This document shows positions 14,310-28,049 of a DNA stretch of 64,000 bases, in pieces. This DNA comes from Lama glama (lineage: Eukaryota). Below the pieces are notes generated by a model, which was given only the letters and a program-made list of their open reading frames with translations, did not search any database and had not been told where the DNA came from. Numbering within the stretch: position 1 is the stretch's first letter; each line of letters starts with the position of its first letter. The stretch covers positions 51,028,001 through 51,092,000 of the forward strand of contig CM052817.1 in NCBI GenBank assembly GCA_028534125.1, in the 5' to 3' direction. Made by a program: the position numbers and the translations under genes.

Positions 14310-14929
14310 ATGTGTGCTTTTGTTTCTGTCTTTATTGTCCCTTATTATGTTTGTGAGCTTCATCCATCTTATCCTATGTAACATTCACTTATTTCTTCAT
14401 GTTGCTGTGTACTCTTATTCTGTTATTTTTATGCAGGCCGTAATTTATTTACTAAACTATCCTTTCTCTTTTGCTGTTTACTTTGTTTCTAGCTTTTTAG
14501 TTAGTATAAATACATCTTCAATGAGTATCTTGTGCAAGTATTTTTGTGGACTCATGCTCTTGTTTTTCTTGGGCCTATAACTTTGAGTAGAATTGCTGAT
14601 CACATGTCAAACGTAGGAACAACTAGCTTTCCAAAGTGTTTGTGCCATTTTACCTACTTATGAACAATGTGTGAGAGTCCCAGTTGCTCCTTGTCCTTAT
14701 CAATAGTGGGTATTTGACATATTTTTAATTTTTGTCATTCTAATGCCTGTATAGCACTATATCATCATAGTTTTAATTTGTGTGTCTTAGATAATGAATG
14801 ATGTCCAGTAGTTTTTTTAAAAAAAATTATGAGCTCTTTCAGTATTCTCTTGTGAAGTCTGTTCAGTTCTTTCCCCATTTAGAAAAGTTTGGATTGTTCA
14901 TTTTTTCACTTGTTTGCACTCATTTTATA

Positions 14930-14987
<58 letters not shown>

Positions 14988-15430
14988 GCAATGAGTATAT
15001 AATAATTATATGCATAAATGAATATATTTGTGTGTATTGTGTATGTGTGTGTGTGTGTGTGTGTGTGTATATACATAGGATCCTTGGCTACATAGAGATA
15101 ATGCATCTTCCCCAAGTCTGACTTTTTAAAATACTTTCTCAGTTATTTCTCAGTCATATCACTTGGTGAGCATGAATTTTTGTGTTTTCTTATGTACATC
15201 AAATTGCTGCAGCACCACTGATTGAAAAGCTCACTATACACACATTGAATTCACAGTGGTGCCTATGTCATAAGTCAAGTGAGCATACTGGTGTGTTTGT
15301 TCCTGGATTCTATTCTATCTCATTCAATTATTTGTCTAAATTTATGCCAGTTCTATATTGTCTTAAATATTATACCTTTATAGTAATTCTTAAAATCTGG
15401 TTATGTAAGTTATCCAACTTAGTTCTTCAT
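14310..15430 (-). mobile_element. Old antisense L1 (L1M), host of the 10557 L1; its other part lies at about 10350-10556
   Basis: Antisense motifs 'gagtagaattgctgatcacatg' and 'tttccaaagtgtttgtgccatttt'. Confidence 0.7.
14930..15072 (+). repeat. Compound (TA)n/(CA)n and (TG)n microsatellites
   Basis: Read directly. Confidence 0.95.
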
Positions 15431-15469
15431 TTTTGTTTAGTGGCATGTATAAGGCACATATAAATACGA

Positions 15470-15910
15470 ATAAGAACATTCGGGGAAGTTATATTTTGAA
15501 TTGCCTCCAACAACAAACAGCAGAAAAGTCTATCCAGAGAAGAACTGGTATACTTCATTGCATATGCATACAGTAAAATGCTGTACAACAATGAAATCAA
15601 CAAATAGAAATACTTAAAACAAATGGATCTCACAAACAAAGCATTCTGCGAAAGATGTCAGACAAGGAATATATATTATATGATTCGTTTTACAAAAATT
15701 TCAAAACAGCTCTGAGTAATTGAAGGTATTAGAAATAGGTTAGTGGTTATTTTGGGAGAGGTAGATATAGCAGATTTAGGGGCAGGTTTCCAGGGAGCTG
15801 GTAGTCCTGGTTGCAATGGTAGATCCACACTGTTCAATTCTCTGCCACTGTATACATAATTTGCACTGGTTTTTCAGTAAAATAATCTTTACTTCAGCTT
15901 AAAAAATTAA
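15470..15910 (+). mobile_element. Ancient L1ME-like 3' end
   Basis: Motifs 'atggatctcacaaac', 'tatatgattcgttttac' and 'ggttagtggttattttggg'. Confidence 0.6.
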
Positions 15911-17519
15911 AAATTACTTTTTATAAAATGAACAGAAATGCCAAGAGAAAACCTTATCAGTATGTTTCCATTTGAAATTATGTAAAATGATAAATAGTGT
16001 AAATATTAGGGATATTATAACACTTCTATCTTATTCTTTTCTTAAGCCAACAACTATTAATTGAGCAATACTGTACTTAAAATTTTTTTTTTAACTGCAG
16101 CAGAATTGAGAATGCATTTCCCCAGCTTACTTTACAGAAAAGTTACAAAATGGTTTCCAACTTTGCTCCTACTCTGTTGCCTTACTAGCAGTGTTCTGGT
16201 TTGAATGTCAGCAAAAGTTGTGGGATTCAATTCAGCCATCTGAAGAAACAAAATTAAGAGAGAACTTTATGCTTCAAACTGACTTGCTAACTGCAAGAAC
16301 TGCTTGTTACCGATACGATTTTTCCTCTTTTTTCTGGTTTGGAAAGCTTCTAGACAAAACACTCTAAAACTCAGTAAGTATCATGTGGAACAACAACAAC
16401 AACAAAAATGAATTGTTCAACATTCTCTACTAGCCAGTTCATGACACATCTCATTTTAGCCTAAAATTTTCTAGCGTTTTTCCAGGAGGAAAAAAAAAAC
16501 TTAGATATTTTAAAGATTGATTTCCACTCTTGTCATTGTTTTCTACTCATCATTATTTTATTGTATCTCCAAGAAAAAAAACTAGAAAATTACAAATCAT
16601 TTTATAAAACTGGTATGAGAACTACTGAAAGGATTAACCAAAGAGAATTTAGCTCAGTGGGCAGAAATAGGTACCTTTTAACAAATAATTTAGATAATGA
16701 AATTGTGAGTGAGATCAACACATTTGTTAATAACTCCCAAAGCCAGATTCAAGTTCCAAACATTTCTAACAATTAAAGAGGCAATTATATTCACTAATTC
16801 CACTAATGACCTGTTCAAGGTACAATGGGTACAGTCGCTAAGTACTACCTAACTAATGTCTCATGGGATCAAAATGCAGCTGAACTGACCTAGGCATCAC
16901 ACCAGATTTCAAATGTGAAGTGAGTCAGTCCTAGCACAAAGAAAAATGAATGATACGTACTTATTATTTAGGCCAATTTTGACACTGTAAGACAATTAAA
17001 TCATCTTGTGTAATCCTTCCTATAACTATGATTGCGTATGAAATATATTAAATATTACATATTTAGCACTGTTTCCCCTGGGCTTAAAACAGTGACAAGT
17101 TTCTAGCAAGTGTTTGATAATTATTTTTAGAATTAGTTAAGCAATTAATATAATTAAGTTTAACTTAATGGCAAAAAAAGTATTCCAGAGTAAGATGACC
17201 TGTCAAGAGTCACACAGGTTATTAAGCAGGATTTGTCTGAATCAAAATCCCTTGACATTTTCAGTTCAGTTATTGGTCTTAATGAAAATATCAATAACCA
17301 TTCTTGTTATTTAAGTTATGTAATGGGATGGAGGGGAAAAGTTCTGATTCCCTTTATATAATTTTATTTCAAGACAGGTTAAATCAATCCATCATAACTT
17401 TATAAAATTGTGTAAAATATTTTCAGTCTTGTCCCATTCTTAGTTCATCTAAAGACCTTCCAGAAATGGCTATACTCTTACTGAATTTTAAGAATTCTTG
17501 ATGTATTTTAAATACCAGA

Positions 17520-17970
17520 TGTATCATTTGAAAATGTTTTGTTCCTTCTGTAGGTTTTCTTTTCACCTTCTTTATAGTTGTCATTTAAAGAACAAAATAT
17601 TATAATTTAATCATCACCTAGCCCAAGGACATAGACATTTATTCCTTTGCTTTTGTTTAAGAGTTTAATAGTGTCAGCTCATACAGTTAGGTCTATGGTT
17701 CATTTTTTGTTAATTTCTGTAACTAGTGTACAGTACTTCATATTTTGCATGTAGATATTCCAGTATCCAAATGCCATTTATTACAAAGACTATTTTTTCC
17801 TATTGAATTATCTTGACATCCATGTTAAAAATCAGTTGAATATAAATGTAAGGATTTATTTCTGGGCTCTCAATTCTATTTCTAGTTTGTTATTTTTTTT
17901 CTATCATGGATGGGTATTACTTTTTCTGCATTGATTGATATGATTGTGGACATTTTGTCTTTATTCTAAA
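17520..17970 (-). mobile_element. Old antisense L1 ORF2 fragment
   Basis: Motifs 'ttaggtctatggttcattt' and 'ggatttatttctgggctctcaattct'. Confidence 0.7.
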
Positions 17971-18095
17971 CTAAAAATTACATTTATAATTTACAATTAA
18001 ATAGGGTGTGTTTTACTTCTGAGTTCTTACAGTCAAGGATGTGGGTACTGACATGAGCAGAAGTCTCACCCAATAGGCTACATGACATGCTTAGG

Positions 18096-18556
18096 TGAGA
18101 CAGATAGAAAAATAGCACCCCCGAAAGCATCAATGTCCCTGTCACCTGTGAATATGTTACCTTAATCATTGCAAATGTGATTTTGCAGATGTGATTAAAT
18201 TAAGGACCTTCAGAAGAGGAGATTATTCGGGTGAGTCCAAAGTAATCATAAAGTCTTCTCAGAAACTCTTCCAAAAGAAATTTATAGTAGAATTTCTCTC
18301 TAATGTCCTTAGAGAGATATATTGGAAGATGCTACACTGCTGGCTTTGATGGAAGGAAGGGCCATGAGCCAAAGAATGAAGGTAGATGCTAGAAGCAAAA
18401 GGGGGCTGGATTCTCCCCTACAGCCGCACTTCGATTTTGGCCCAGTGAAACTCACTTTGTATTCTAACCTCCAGAGCTGTAAGATAACAAATATGTATTG
18501 TTTTAAGCCAATAAATCTGTGGTAATTTCTTAGAGCAGGAATAGGAAACAAATACA
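18096..18556 (+). mobile_element. MaLR solo LTR (MLT1D-like)
   Basis: Motifs 'acctgtgaatatgttacctt' and 'tttgcagatgtgattaaattaagg'; ends '...gcaggaataggaaacaaataca'. Confidence 0.85.
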
Positions 18557-20169
18557 TTAGAACCTAATACAGACTGGGTTACCTCATCAAAAATGTGCAA
18601 GCCTGCAATTTCTAAGTCTTTTGGGCCTTCTCTAGTGAGAACTGTGGTGGTTTCTTACAGCCAACATCGTTAATTCCTTAAAATCCTTCAGTGTGTGGGA
18701 CTAGCCTACAGAGACAGGCAGTTTGACACTCATTCTTTAAAACAGAGACAGAGATGGAGACAGACTCTCAGAGGGGTTGTATCTCTTGTCTAAATTATTT
18801 TTTTAATAACTCTTCCAATTTTCAAATTAGCGTACCTTAACATTTTGGGTGGTTTGTTTTTGTTCCTGTTTTTGTTTTGTTTTAACAAACAAGACGTTAT
18901 TCTACTGTGGGATAGAGCACTTGGTATTTTCAAATGGTAACAAATTTACTTGATTGGTGAATTTGGGAGAACTAAAGTGTGGCTAAGCTCTGCTTTGATT
19001 CTCTTTTTGGAAACTCTAATCTGTAAAATGCATTCATTCCACACTTTCTTTGCTATGTGCTAAGAGGCTTTTTCTGACAGAGGAGGTCTGAGGTTGTCCA
19101 GTACTGCTTGAGACTACCTAATTCAAACCCAATTCTGACATCAGTGGTGAGTCCTTTTTGTCATAAATCTAAAGCACCATTTTCCCACTGGCTTACTCAG
19201 TAAGAATAATGCTATTTTGATTTCCACCTGTCTGAGAGAGACTCATATCTGTCTCTCAATTTGTTGCAAATTTATGCCAAAACTGTGTGATTTACTAACT
19301 CGTAAAAATCTAACAGAAATTATAGAATTTTTTTAAAGATAAAATATACTCACTAGATAGTAAATAAGAGTATTAGAGATGTTTGTCATGTGACACTAGC
19401 ATTTTATTTGACGGTGTGTACTTTAAAAGGGTCCAGGACACACATAAACATATACTGAATATTATGCACTGAATCAAGCCAAAATGAAAGTCCTGTTACA
19501 GCAATGTTATTATTATTATGCAAGATGTGCATCTTAGTGGCTGATGCAATAAGAATTAATTTCAAAGGAATCAGTAAAAGATTTTGCCATCTTGCCTCAT
19601 TCAGTTTTCTACTCAGTGCACAAGAAAGCTCTGTCCAAGCTCATAAGCTCACAGATTCTAGCTCTGTCCCCTGTAATGCTGCAATCACTACACACATCTG
19701 AATGGACATTAAGCACTCGAAAATTTGCATTGGATATGCAGCCGTCTGAGATGCATCTAATGTGCACATTCTAATTAACTCTGCTACCACACCTGGGCCT
19801 ACCGTCTTTTGGCTATAAGCATATTTTCAAAGGGGATTTGAAAGGCAATTCATTAATTTGGTATCATTCTCCAAAATCAACAACAATAAAAACATACAAA
19901 GAGAGGCAGATTTGATGACTAATTCAGCCTAGAACTAAACATCTGCCATGAAGCTAAACTGGGTTTGTTTTGGCTTTTATTTTGAAACATTATTTAAAGA
20001 GCTCCAATCTGTTTAATTTGCAGGGGATTTGGGAACAGGGGAAGATGGCTGAATATCAGAGTCTGGGGAACACAGGTTGATTTTCTAACAGAGCCTAAGA
20101 AAGGCAGACTAAATACAACAAGAAGAAAAACAGCAGCAGCATCAACAATCAAAGCATTAGTGTTTAAAT

Positions 20170-20390
20170 CACAGGAACAACAAGATTCAAAATTGGATCT
20201 ATAGTCTTTATAGCTATTTATTCTTGGGAAGTTAATTCACCACATTCAATATCAGTTTTCTCATCTATGAACTGGGTATAGTAATACTGACCTTACAGAA
20301 TTTTCAGGGCATTTCAATGATAAAATGTTGGTAATGAGCTTTGCACTAGCTCTGGTCTATCACTGGGAATCAGTAGCTATTATTTGAATC
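20170..20390. mobile_element. MIR SINE
   Basis: MIR core 'cagttttctcatctatgaactgggtatagtaatactgacc'. Confidence 0.7.
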
Positions 20391-23369
20391 TGAATCTTAA
20401 GAGAGTCGGCAATGCACACCCACACATTTAAATTTACAGAGATTGAACTTGCATATTGCCTAGATAAATACAATTTCACATATAACTGCCAGTCATAATT
20501 TCTGTATTTATCTACTCTAAAACTATAATAAAGTTTCAGATAGGCATTTCTTAAGACACTGGGAAAAGCACTGAATAGGTTTTATTCAATTCCATCAAAG
20601 CCACACTAAATAAGGATTCACTTAGTAGAAACAATGTTTTCAGAGCAAAGAGGGTTTCACGACAGGACCTCAGCACTCCTTTCAACAATACTGCCTCCTT
20701 CAGTTTCTGCCATTACCAAAATTCTGGAGGCATATTTGCCAAGGAATGTCTGTGAGATACACTGGGTGTTAGGAAATGCATTAAAATGAAGAGAATTATT
20801 AGAAGTGAGTTGACAAAGTCCACCTGTACCATAAGTTTTAAGTGCTGAGAAAGCACTGCATTTTAATCTTATTTACTCATTTTATTACTTCCTCATGAGA
20901 ATTCACTTATGTTTTAATGTGAAAAATGATAAACTTTAGTTACAAATAATAAACATACTCCTGTGTAACAATATAAAGAGTCTACTTGAATGATGTTCAG
21001 TCTCATTTCAATTAGAAAATGTGTTTCACGGATAAGGGGTCTTAAGGAGTCTAGCTTTTTCATCCTATGGCATGGCTGAGCAAGATGGGCAGAGACGGGG
21101 CAAGCTGGGCAGCTATACTGAGATGTCATCTTTGGGTTTAGGCCCTGTCCTCAGCATCCTCTGGTCACTGGTTCTCGGCTCAATTTTTAGTGCTGGAATC
21201 TAAAGCTGGTATAGCTAGTGAGTTAATCTCTCTCTTGGATTGGACAGAACCCATTATCACTCTCAAGCCAACACAGATGCCATTAGACTCTAGGAAGCTA
21301 CCTGGCTCCGGGTTTCTGCTACATCGGCCAACAAGAAAAAAACAAATCAAAACAAAAAACAAAACACACACACACAAAGGTGGGCAGTCCCCCTCAGTGT
21401 CCCGCTGGCTGGGGAGAGAAGAGTGGTTTTCTTCCTGCCACTGCAGACTTCACAGTATATCTTCTACCTCTCAACTCAGCATGGAATCAGGACAACTGCT
21501 ACATGAAAATGAAGGGCCTTGAATGAAAGATAAACCACTAAACTTCTCTCTGCCAAAGCTGATCACACCCAAGGTGAATAGTACAGCCCCATCTCTGAGT
21601 ATGGGCTTCCACTGAAATGGTATTTCAGCATATCTACCTCCAAAAGAAAAGACCAAAGGTGAAAATGATGATATTTCAGAACTAGGTGGCTGGCTGTGAG
21701 TTGTAATGCAAATCCCTAGTGTTTTGGGTCTCCCCACATCCACCCCACCCAGCCCCCTCCTTCATCCCTCCCCCATCCTTCCTCCCTTCCCTCCTTCCCT
21801 CTCTTTCATCCACCAACTCCACTCTGTACATCTCCTGTGAAACATCAAAATACTTGTTTTACTTATGGATACTAACAAGAGAGGTGATATCAAAATCCTA
21901 AGAGCAGGACTTCCCTGCTTCTTGGGAACAAGTGGAAATGTCTAGGGAGAGACTGTAATAAATAAAAGCCCGTGACCAGAATCTCTAGAAAGGCTTACAC
22001 AGTGTAGGTGAAGATGAAGCATTTCTATTGCCTGCTATTTTTTTCAAGTTCTACTCTCTGTCTTTGAAACACCATTAAATGATTCTGCAATTGGAAATAC
22101 CTATGTATGCTCTTTAAATCCCAGGCTTTATACTTTCTTTATAGGAGAGGAGTCTATATTCCATTCTAAATTATACCCATACTTTGCCACTTTGAAATAA
22201 AAATGGGGCTTCTGTTCCTTTTACTTCTTATCTCCCCTGTAATAACTCCCTCTTATCACAAGAATTAGATAATTGCCATGTATCATTATTAGTTTTTAAA
22301 AACAAATTTTTAGTTGATACAATAATCAGGAAAAACAGTATCTTTGACCTATACTTCATAACCTTCATTCCTTCTTGCTCATAGTTCCTGTCATTTTTAC
22401 TGAACATACACACCTTTGCCTCAAATATATTCCTGATCAAGTCTCTCCTTGTCCTTTAGAACCCTATTTGGAGGAAGCAGGAGAGAAGTCAGTCTTTATC
22501 ACTGCTGACTTAACAGGATGTGTACTATGTCTCTGTATAAATTACCAGTAAGGCAAGTCGTCCAAAAGGTGGAAAAAATTAAATTATATTTAAAAATAAG
22601 AATCAATTAGGAATTGACACTTTGAGACTTCAAGTTATTTGAGTTTTGAATGTGTGTATGTGAGTTTATCACATGGTAAGGGAAGCCACCACTACTTTGG
22701 TGTTTGAGGCTGCTACACCGTTCACCGGATTTTCACTGAGACAATGAGCTTCTCAACTGCTTCCACCACTGCACTTTCATTGTCTATTTTACATGTTGAT
22801 CTTGTACATAAAATTTTCTAGGAAAAAATAGTCTTATGCCTATCAAAAAAAGGTTGGTACAACCATTGGCTTTAATAAAAGTTGATAAAACTACTCTTCC
22901 GCATGGTTGACATTGTCCTTCTAACAGAATTTCAGGGTACTTACATCCATTTCATCTAATACGTTTGACATACTTTTGACTTGACATATTGCATTAAGTT
23001 TCTGGTTCCATTCATAAATAAATATTTTTCTAGACTTCTGTCTCCTTGGATTATATATAAACATAAATCTAATCTTTTTTTTCCCTTGGTGACTCATCCT
23101 TGCAATAAATCTTCCAAGTCATACCTGATCTGTCTTAGGGTCAGCCATCTTCTTTGTGCCAAATAAAACTTCCTGCTTTGTATGACTCTTCCACAGCTTC
23201 TGACCCACGAATAGTTCTAAATCTAGTTCCATGCTTTATACCACATTCTTCTTTTTGTAGTTTTATGTATTTCAACATTTTTTCAGTTTCATTTCTCCTT
23301 AAGTGTCAAGACTATCATTTTCATCAATTTCAAAAAAATGGATCAGTTTTAAATTGAATTTTTCAATGT

Positions 23370-23510
23370 TAAGATTGTTGTATTTGGTACATACCCTCTT
23401 TATGACTGTCCTATTTACTAAAAACTTTTTTGGTATAAGTATGTCCCCAATATCCGTTCTTAATCTGAATTGAAATTTAACTGGTGTTGATACTATATAT
23501 GGCAAATCTA
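23370..23510. mobile_element. MER53-like hAT MITE fragment
   Basis: 'tttggtataagtatgtccc...tctgaattgaaatttaactgg...tggcaaatcta' resembles the copy at 43809. Confidence 0.55.
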
Positions 23511-23721
23511 TCTTCCTCAGAAATCTCTCTGAAAATTTCTAAAGTTGACTTCCCCTAATGGTCTATGTTTCTGTATATGTGTTAATAATGTTAATTTTCT
23601 GTGGTTCCTCCATTAAATAATCTTCAACACATAGGAACAGGCCACTTAAAAAGGAAGAGGTGTCAAGAAAACTGAAGGATGAAAGAAGGGAATGCAAGGT
23701 ACTTAAAAGAAACATACATGA

Positions 23722-24940
23722 CATTTTCTGACATACATTTTAGCAATTTAGTTCTCATACAACAGTCTACCCAGGTAATAGAAATAAGAGCAAAAAAAAA
23801 AACCCACAAATGGGACCTAATTAAACTTATAATCTTTTGCATAACAAAGGAAACCATAAGCAAAACAAAATGACAACCTACAGAATGGGAGTATATTTGC
23901 AAATGATACAACTGACAAAGGCTTAATTTCCAGAATATATAAACAAACAGTCCATACAACTTAATAACAAAAAAACAAACAACTCAATCCAAAAATGGGC
24001 AGAAGACCTAAGCAAGCAATTCTCCAATGAAGACATATAAACGGCCAGCAGGCATGTAAAAAAATTCTCAATATACTAATTATCAGAGAGGTGCAAATCA
24101 AAACTATATTGAGGTATTACCTCACATCAGTCAGAATGGCCATCATTCAAAATCCATGAACGATAAATGCTGGAGAGACTGTGGAGAAAAGGGAACCCTC
24201 TTACACTGTTGGTAGGAATGTAGTTTGGTGCAACTATTACAGAAAACATTATGGAGATTACTCAAAAAACTAAAAACAGACTTACTATATGACCCAGGAA
24301 TCCCACTCCTGGGCTTGTATCCAGAAGGAACCCTACTTCAGGATGACACCTGCACCCCAATGTTCATAGCAGCACTATTTACAATAGCCAAAACATGGAA
24401 ACAGCCTAAATGACCATCAACAGGTGACTGGATAAAGAAGAAGTGGTATATTTATACAATGGAATACTACTCAGCCATAAAAAAGAATAAAATAATGCCA
24501 TTTGCAGCAACATGGATGGACCTAGACATTGTCATACTAAGCCAGAAACAGTGAAGCCAGAAAAAGAAAGAAAAATACCATGTGATATCACTCATATGTG
24601 GAATCTTAAAAAAAGAAAAAAAGGACACTATAAACTCATCTACAAAACAGAGTCTCGCAGACATAGTAAACAATCTTATGGTTACCAGAGAAAGGGGTGG
24701 AAGGGATAAATTTGGGAGTTTGAGATTTGCAAATGTTAGCCACTATATAAAATTGATTAAAAAAAAACAAGTTTCTTCTGTACAGCACAGGGGACTATAT
24801 TCAATATCTTATAATAATCTGTAATGAAAAAGAATATGAAGATAAATATATGTATGTATATGCATGACTAGGACATTGTGCTGTACACCAGAAACTGACA
24901 CTTTGTAATTGACTATATTTCAATTAAAAAATTAAAAAAA
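23722..24940 (+). mobile_element. 5'-truncated lineage-specific L1 with TSD
   Basis: ORF2 C-terminus ([12 protein letters not shown]...TCTPMFIAALFTIAKTWKQPK), 3'UTR and A tail. TSD core atacatga at 23714-23721 and 24945-24952. Confidence 0.92.
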
Positions 24941-25984
24941 ATATATACATGAGTTAGTTCCACATGATAAGAACATGAGAAAACCATGCATAAATTGTAA
25001 AAAAAAAATTACCTTAGATATAGAAACAATACACAATTCAATAAATGAGTCAATGTTGAAAGCAGACATATTTCTGAAGGAAATCTGAAGCTAACTAGAC
25101 CAGGGCCACATAACTGCTGTGAGGTTGATTGAAAACAGATTCAAAACCAGGTACATCAGACTTCAAAGCCCAAACTCTTAGTGACTTTGAAGCCACATAA
25201 AGGACCCCATTCTTTTACAACTCATGTCCATGCATAATCAAAGGTCAATATGTGTGTTCACAAAGTACCATCATCTCTCCTTTTTCTTTTCGGAGTCTAG
25301 TTTCCCAGTGGGATTAAGGGTGTACTTCATATTGATTTTATGAGCATTTTGTTGATTAAGCTTGAGAACACTTGCTTAGACATGTATTTGCAAATACTTT
25401 ACTTTTTTCCAGGTTTCCTGCTTGATTGCATTTGATCATATTAAGATGTTCTTTTTTAACTTACATTTTAATTGATCTAATTTTTTTTTTTACTTTCTTC
25501 TTTGCCTCTAAAATACCTTAGACATAATATAAATTCAGCCGTATTTTATTATTTTGGGTTTTGTTTATTTTCTTTGTTAACTATTTAATGTATCAGGAAC
25601 TGATCTTGGTCTTTGGTATGAAGTGAGAAACTTAGAGGGTTTTCAAGGTCTCCAATAACCAGTTATGACTCTTCTTGTTCATGTGTGTGAAGACTTACTT
25701 CCACTAAGTACGCCCACAGTTGTGCATTGTACTTAGAGTCATCTGAGAACAGCAGACCTATGCACATACAACTTTTCCTGGCACCGATAATATCCTACAG
25801 TTCTTTATTTCACTGTTACATGTAATAGGTACAATGACTCTCCAACAAGCATAGTCCCTTTTTTTCCGTCATGTTCCTTAATCATCTCCATTTGAAAATG
25901 TCTTCATAAACTGTGTAATACCTATGATTTTAAACACTGTTCTGTAAATATATCCTGTGGAACATTGCTTTACATCATATTGAG

Positions 25985-26600
25985 TAAGTGCACTAGAGTC
26001 AGATGGCCTGGGTTTGAATCCAGGCTCTCCTATTTACTACCTTTGTGTTGTTATTTAAGTTATTAAACCATCTGTATCTGAGTTATCTTCATACATACAC
26101 AACACAGAGAGGGTAATACGCGCTTTCCATAAGGTCTTTGTGAGATTTAAAGACTATGCTGCAAAGTGGATACATGTGTCAAGGGGCACAGTCGACGTTC
26201 ACAGTAAGTCTCTGCAGAGCACAGTTCTTAAGAGAAAAAGCTTTATACTTAGAGCCATATGGGTGTGAAGCATGGCTCTGTCATTTACTGGTTGGGTTTG
26301 ACTCCAAAAGAGATTTTTATTCACAGCACAAACCTAATGTCAAGCTCACACTGTAGTAACTGTGGAGTGGGAGTAGTAGTTAAGAGTGTGTTCTTTGGGG
26401 CTAGACAACTGTGCTCCTGTTGTGGTTCTAACGCTTATAAGCTGTGCGACCCTGAAAGCCTTACTTTGGCTTGCTCCCATACGAAATGGGGATAAGAACT
26501 GTACCTACCTCCTGGGGTTGTTATAAGACTATAAACCATTTAGCACATGTTCAGCCCCTTGGAAAGCACCTGACGAGTAAGAAATGTCCTACAGTTATGC
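25985..26600. mobile_element. Cluster of MIR fragments
   Basis: Motifs 'agagtcagatggcctgggtttgaatccaggctct' and 'aaatggggataagaactgtacctacctc'. Confidence 0.7.
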
Positions 26601-28049
26601 TGTCAATTTTGTAAATGCTGCTCTTGAAAGGCTCTTGATATTGACATTTCTTTCCTTTCACAGTGGTAGCATCATATTTCTTTGTATTTATTGATTTCTT
26701 TGTATTTATTGATTTATCAAATATTTTTATTTGTGTTATAGTCTCTTTTCTGTCTTGGATTCTTCTGTGCAATTGTGTTCTCTTGATCTTATTCTACTCG
26801 AATTCTTTTCATCAATATTTCTAATTCTCCTCCCCTATTATATATGTCATTACATATTGACTTCTCAAGTCTCACTGAAGAAACCCTCTTTATAAACACA
26901 ACCCATTTAACTGAAGAGGAAAGGTGGTCACAGATATTGAGTAGCACAAGGCAAATCATGCCTACCTCACAGATGAACAGTATTAAGAATCAGGTTATTA
27001 ATTTTTTCTAATCAAACAGAATCTAGTTAAATATTTATATTAATAACATGATTCCTCAGTAGCTTAATTTAACACACTGATTGCAGACTACCTTTTAAAA
27101 TATATTACATTTTGCTGACTTAATCTAACCAAATATGCTCACTATCATCTAAACGTTAATTTTCAAATTGTGATTAATGACTCATTGTAGATCTTGAAAT
27201 CAATTTAATGGCTTAAGCCCAACATTAATAAATAGAATTGAATAGAATATAATTGAATAGAACAGAAGACAGAGGAAAAGAGTAGACTGCCATTATGCAT
27301 TTAAGGGGGTATATTAACTTTATGAAACAATTTTTAATTCCAGTGAGTGTATGAGTGAGTGTGTATGTGTTTGTATGTGTGTGTTTTGGGTATCAATGTA
27401 AAACGTATTACTCACTGTGGGGCAGAGTTCAAAACTTTTTGGAAGACAAAGATACACGTTGTTGCTAGCCTTGTAAAAATGATAGATCAGGAATACAGTA
27501 TTTTTTTAACTTTTTTTAAACTTTTTTTTTTAACATTTTTTATGGAATACAGTATTAATGTGTTATGCCAGCTGGAGTTGAAAACAAAGAACTGCTACTG
27601 AGATTAAAAATTTAGCAAGCCACGGACCATTTTGCTTTAAGTCTTTGTGACCAGTCTAATTCAGTTAACTATGATCTCTACGTGTTATCCTAAAGAATTC
27701 TGATTTGCCCCCAGGAAACTGGTTAATTGCAAGCTGGCTTCTGGTTATCAATTTCCGGGACAAATTCTCCTTACCCTTTGTCGTTCACTGTGGCTCAGAG
27801 AATTTTATTCCATTTGATATGTTTATATGCTTAACATGATCCAAATAATACTAGCTGGATTAATTTCCTGGTTAACATATATGCACTTGCTGAATTAAAA
27901 CTCTAAGCAGAAATATGTCAGTTTTGAGATTATTGCCTATTGATGATCTGTTTTTCTATTTATATGTGTACATTAAAAAAATGAGGTATATCCACTGAGC
28001 CTGTATTATTTCTATCTGTTACTTGGTACAATATGTTCATGATTTAATT

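Noticed and set aside
21190..21522. 110-aa plus-strand ORF
   Set aside because: Non-ATG start, runs through a simple A/CA repeat and resembles no protein I know.
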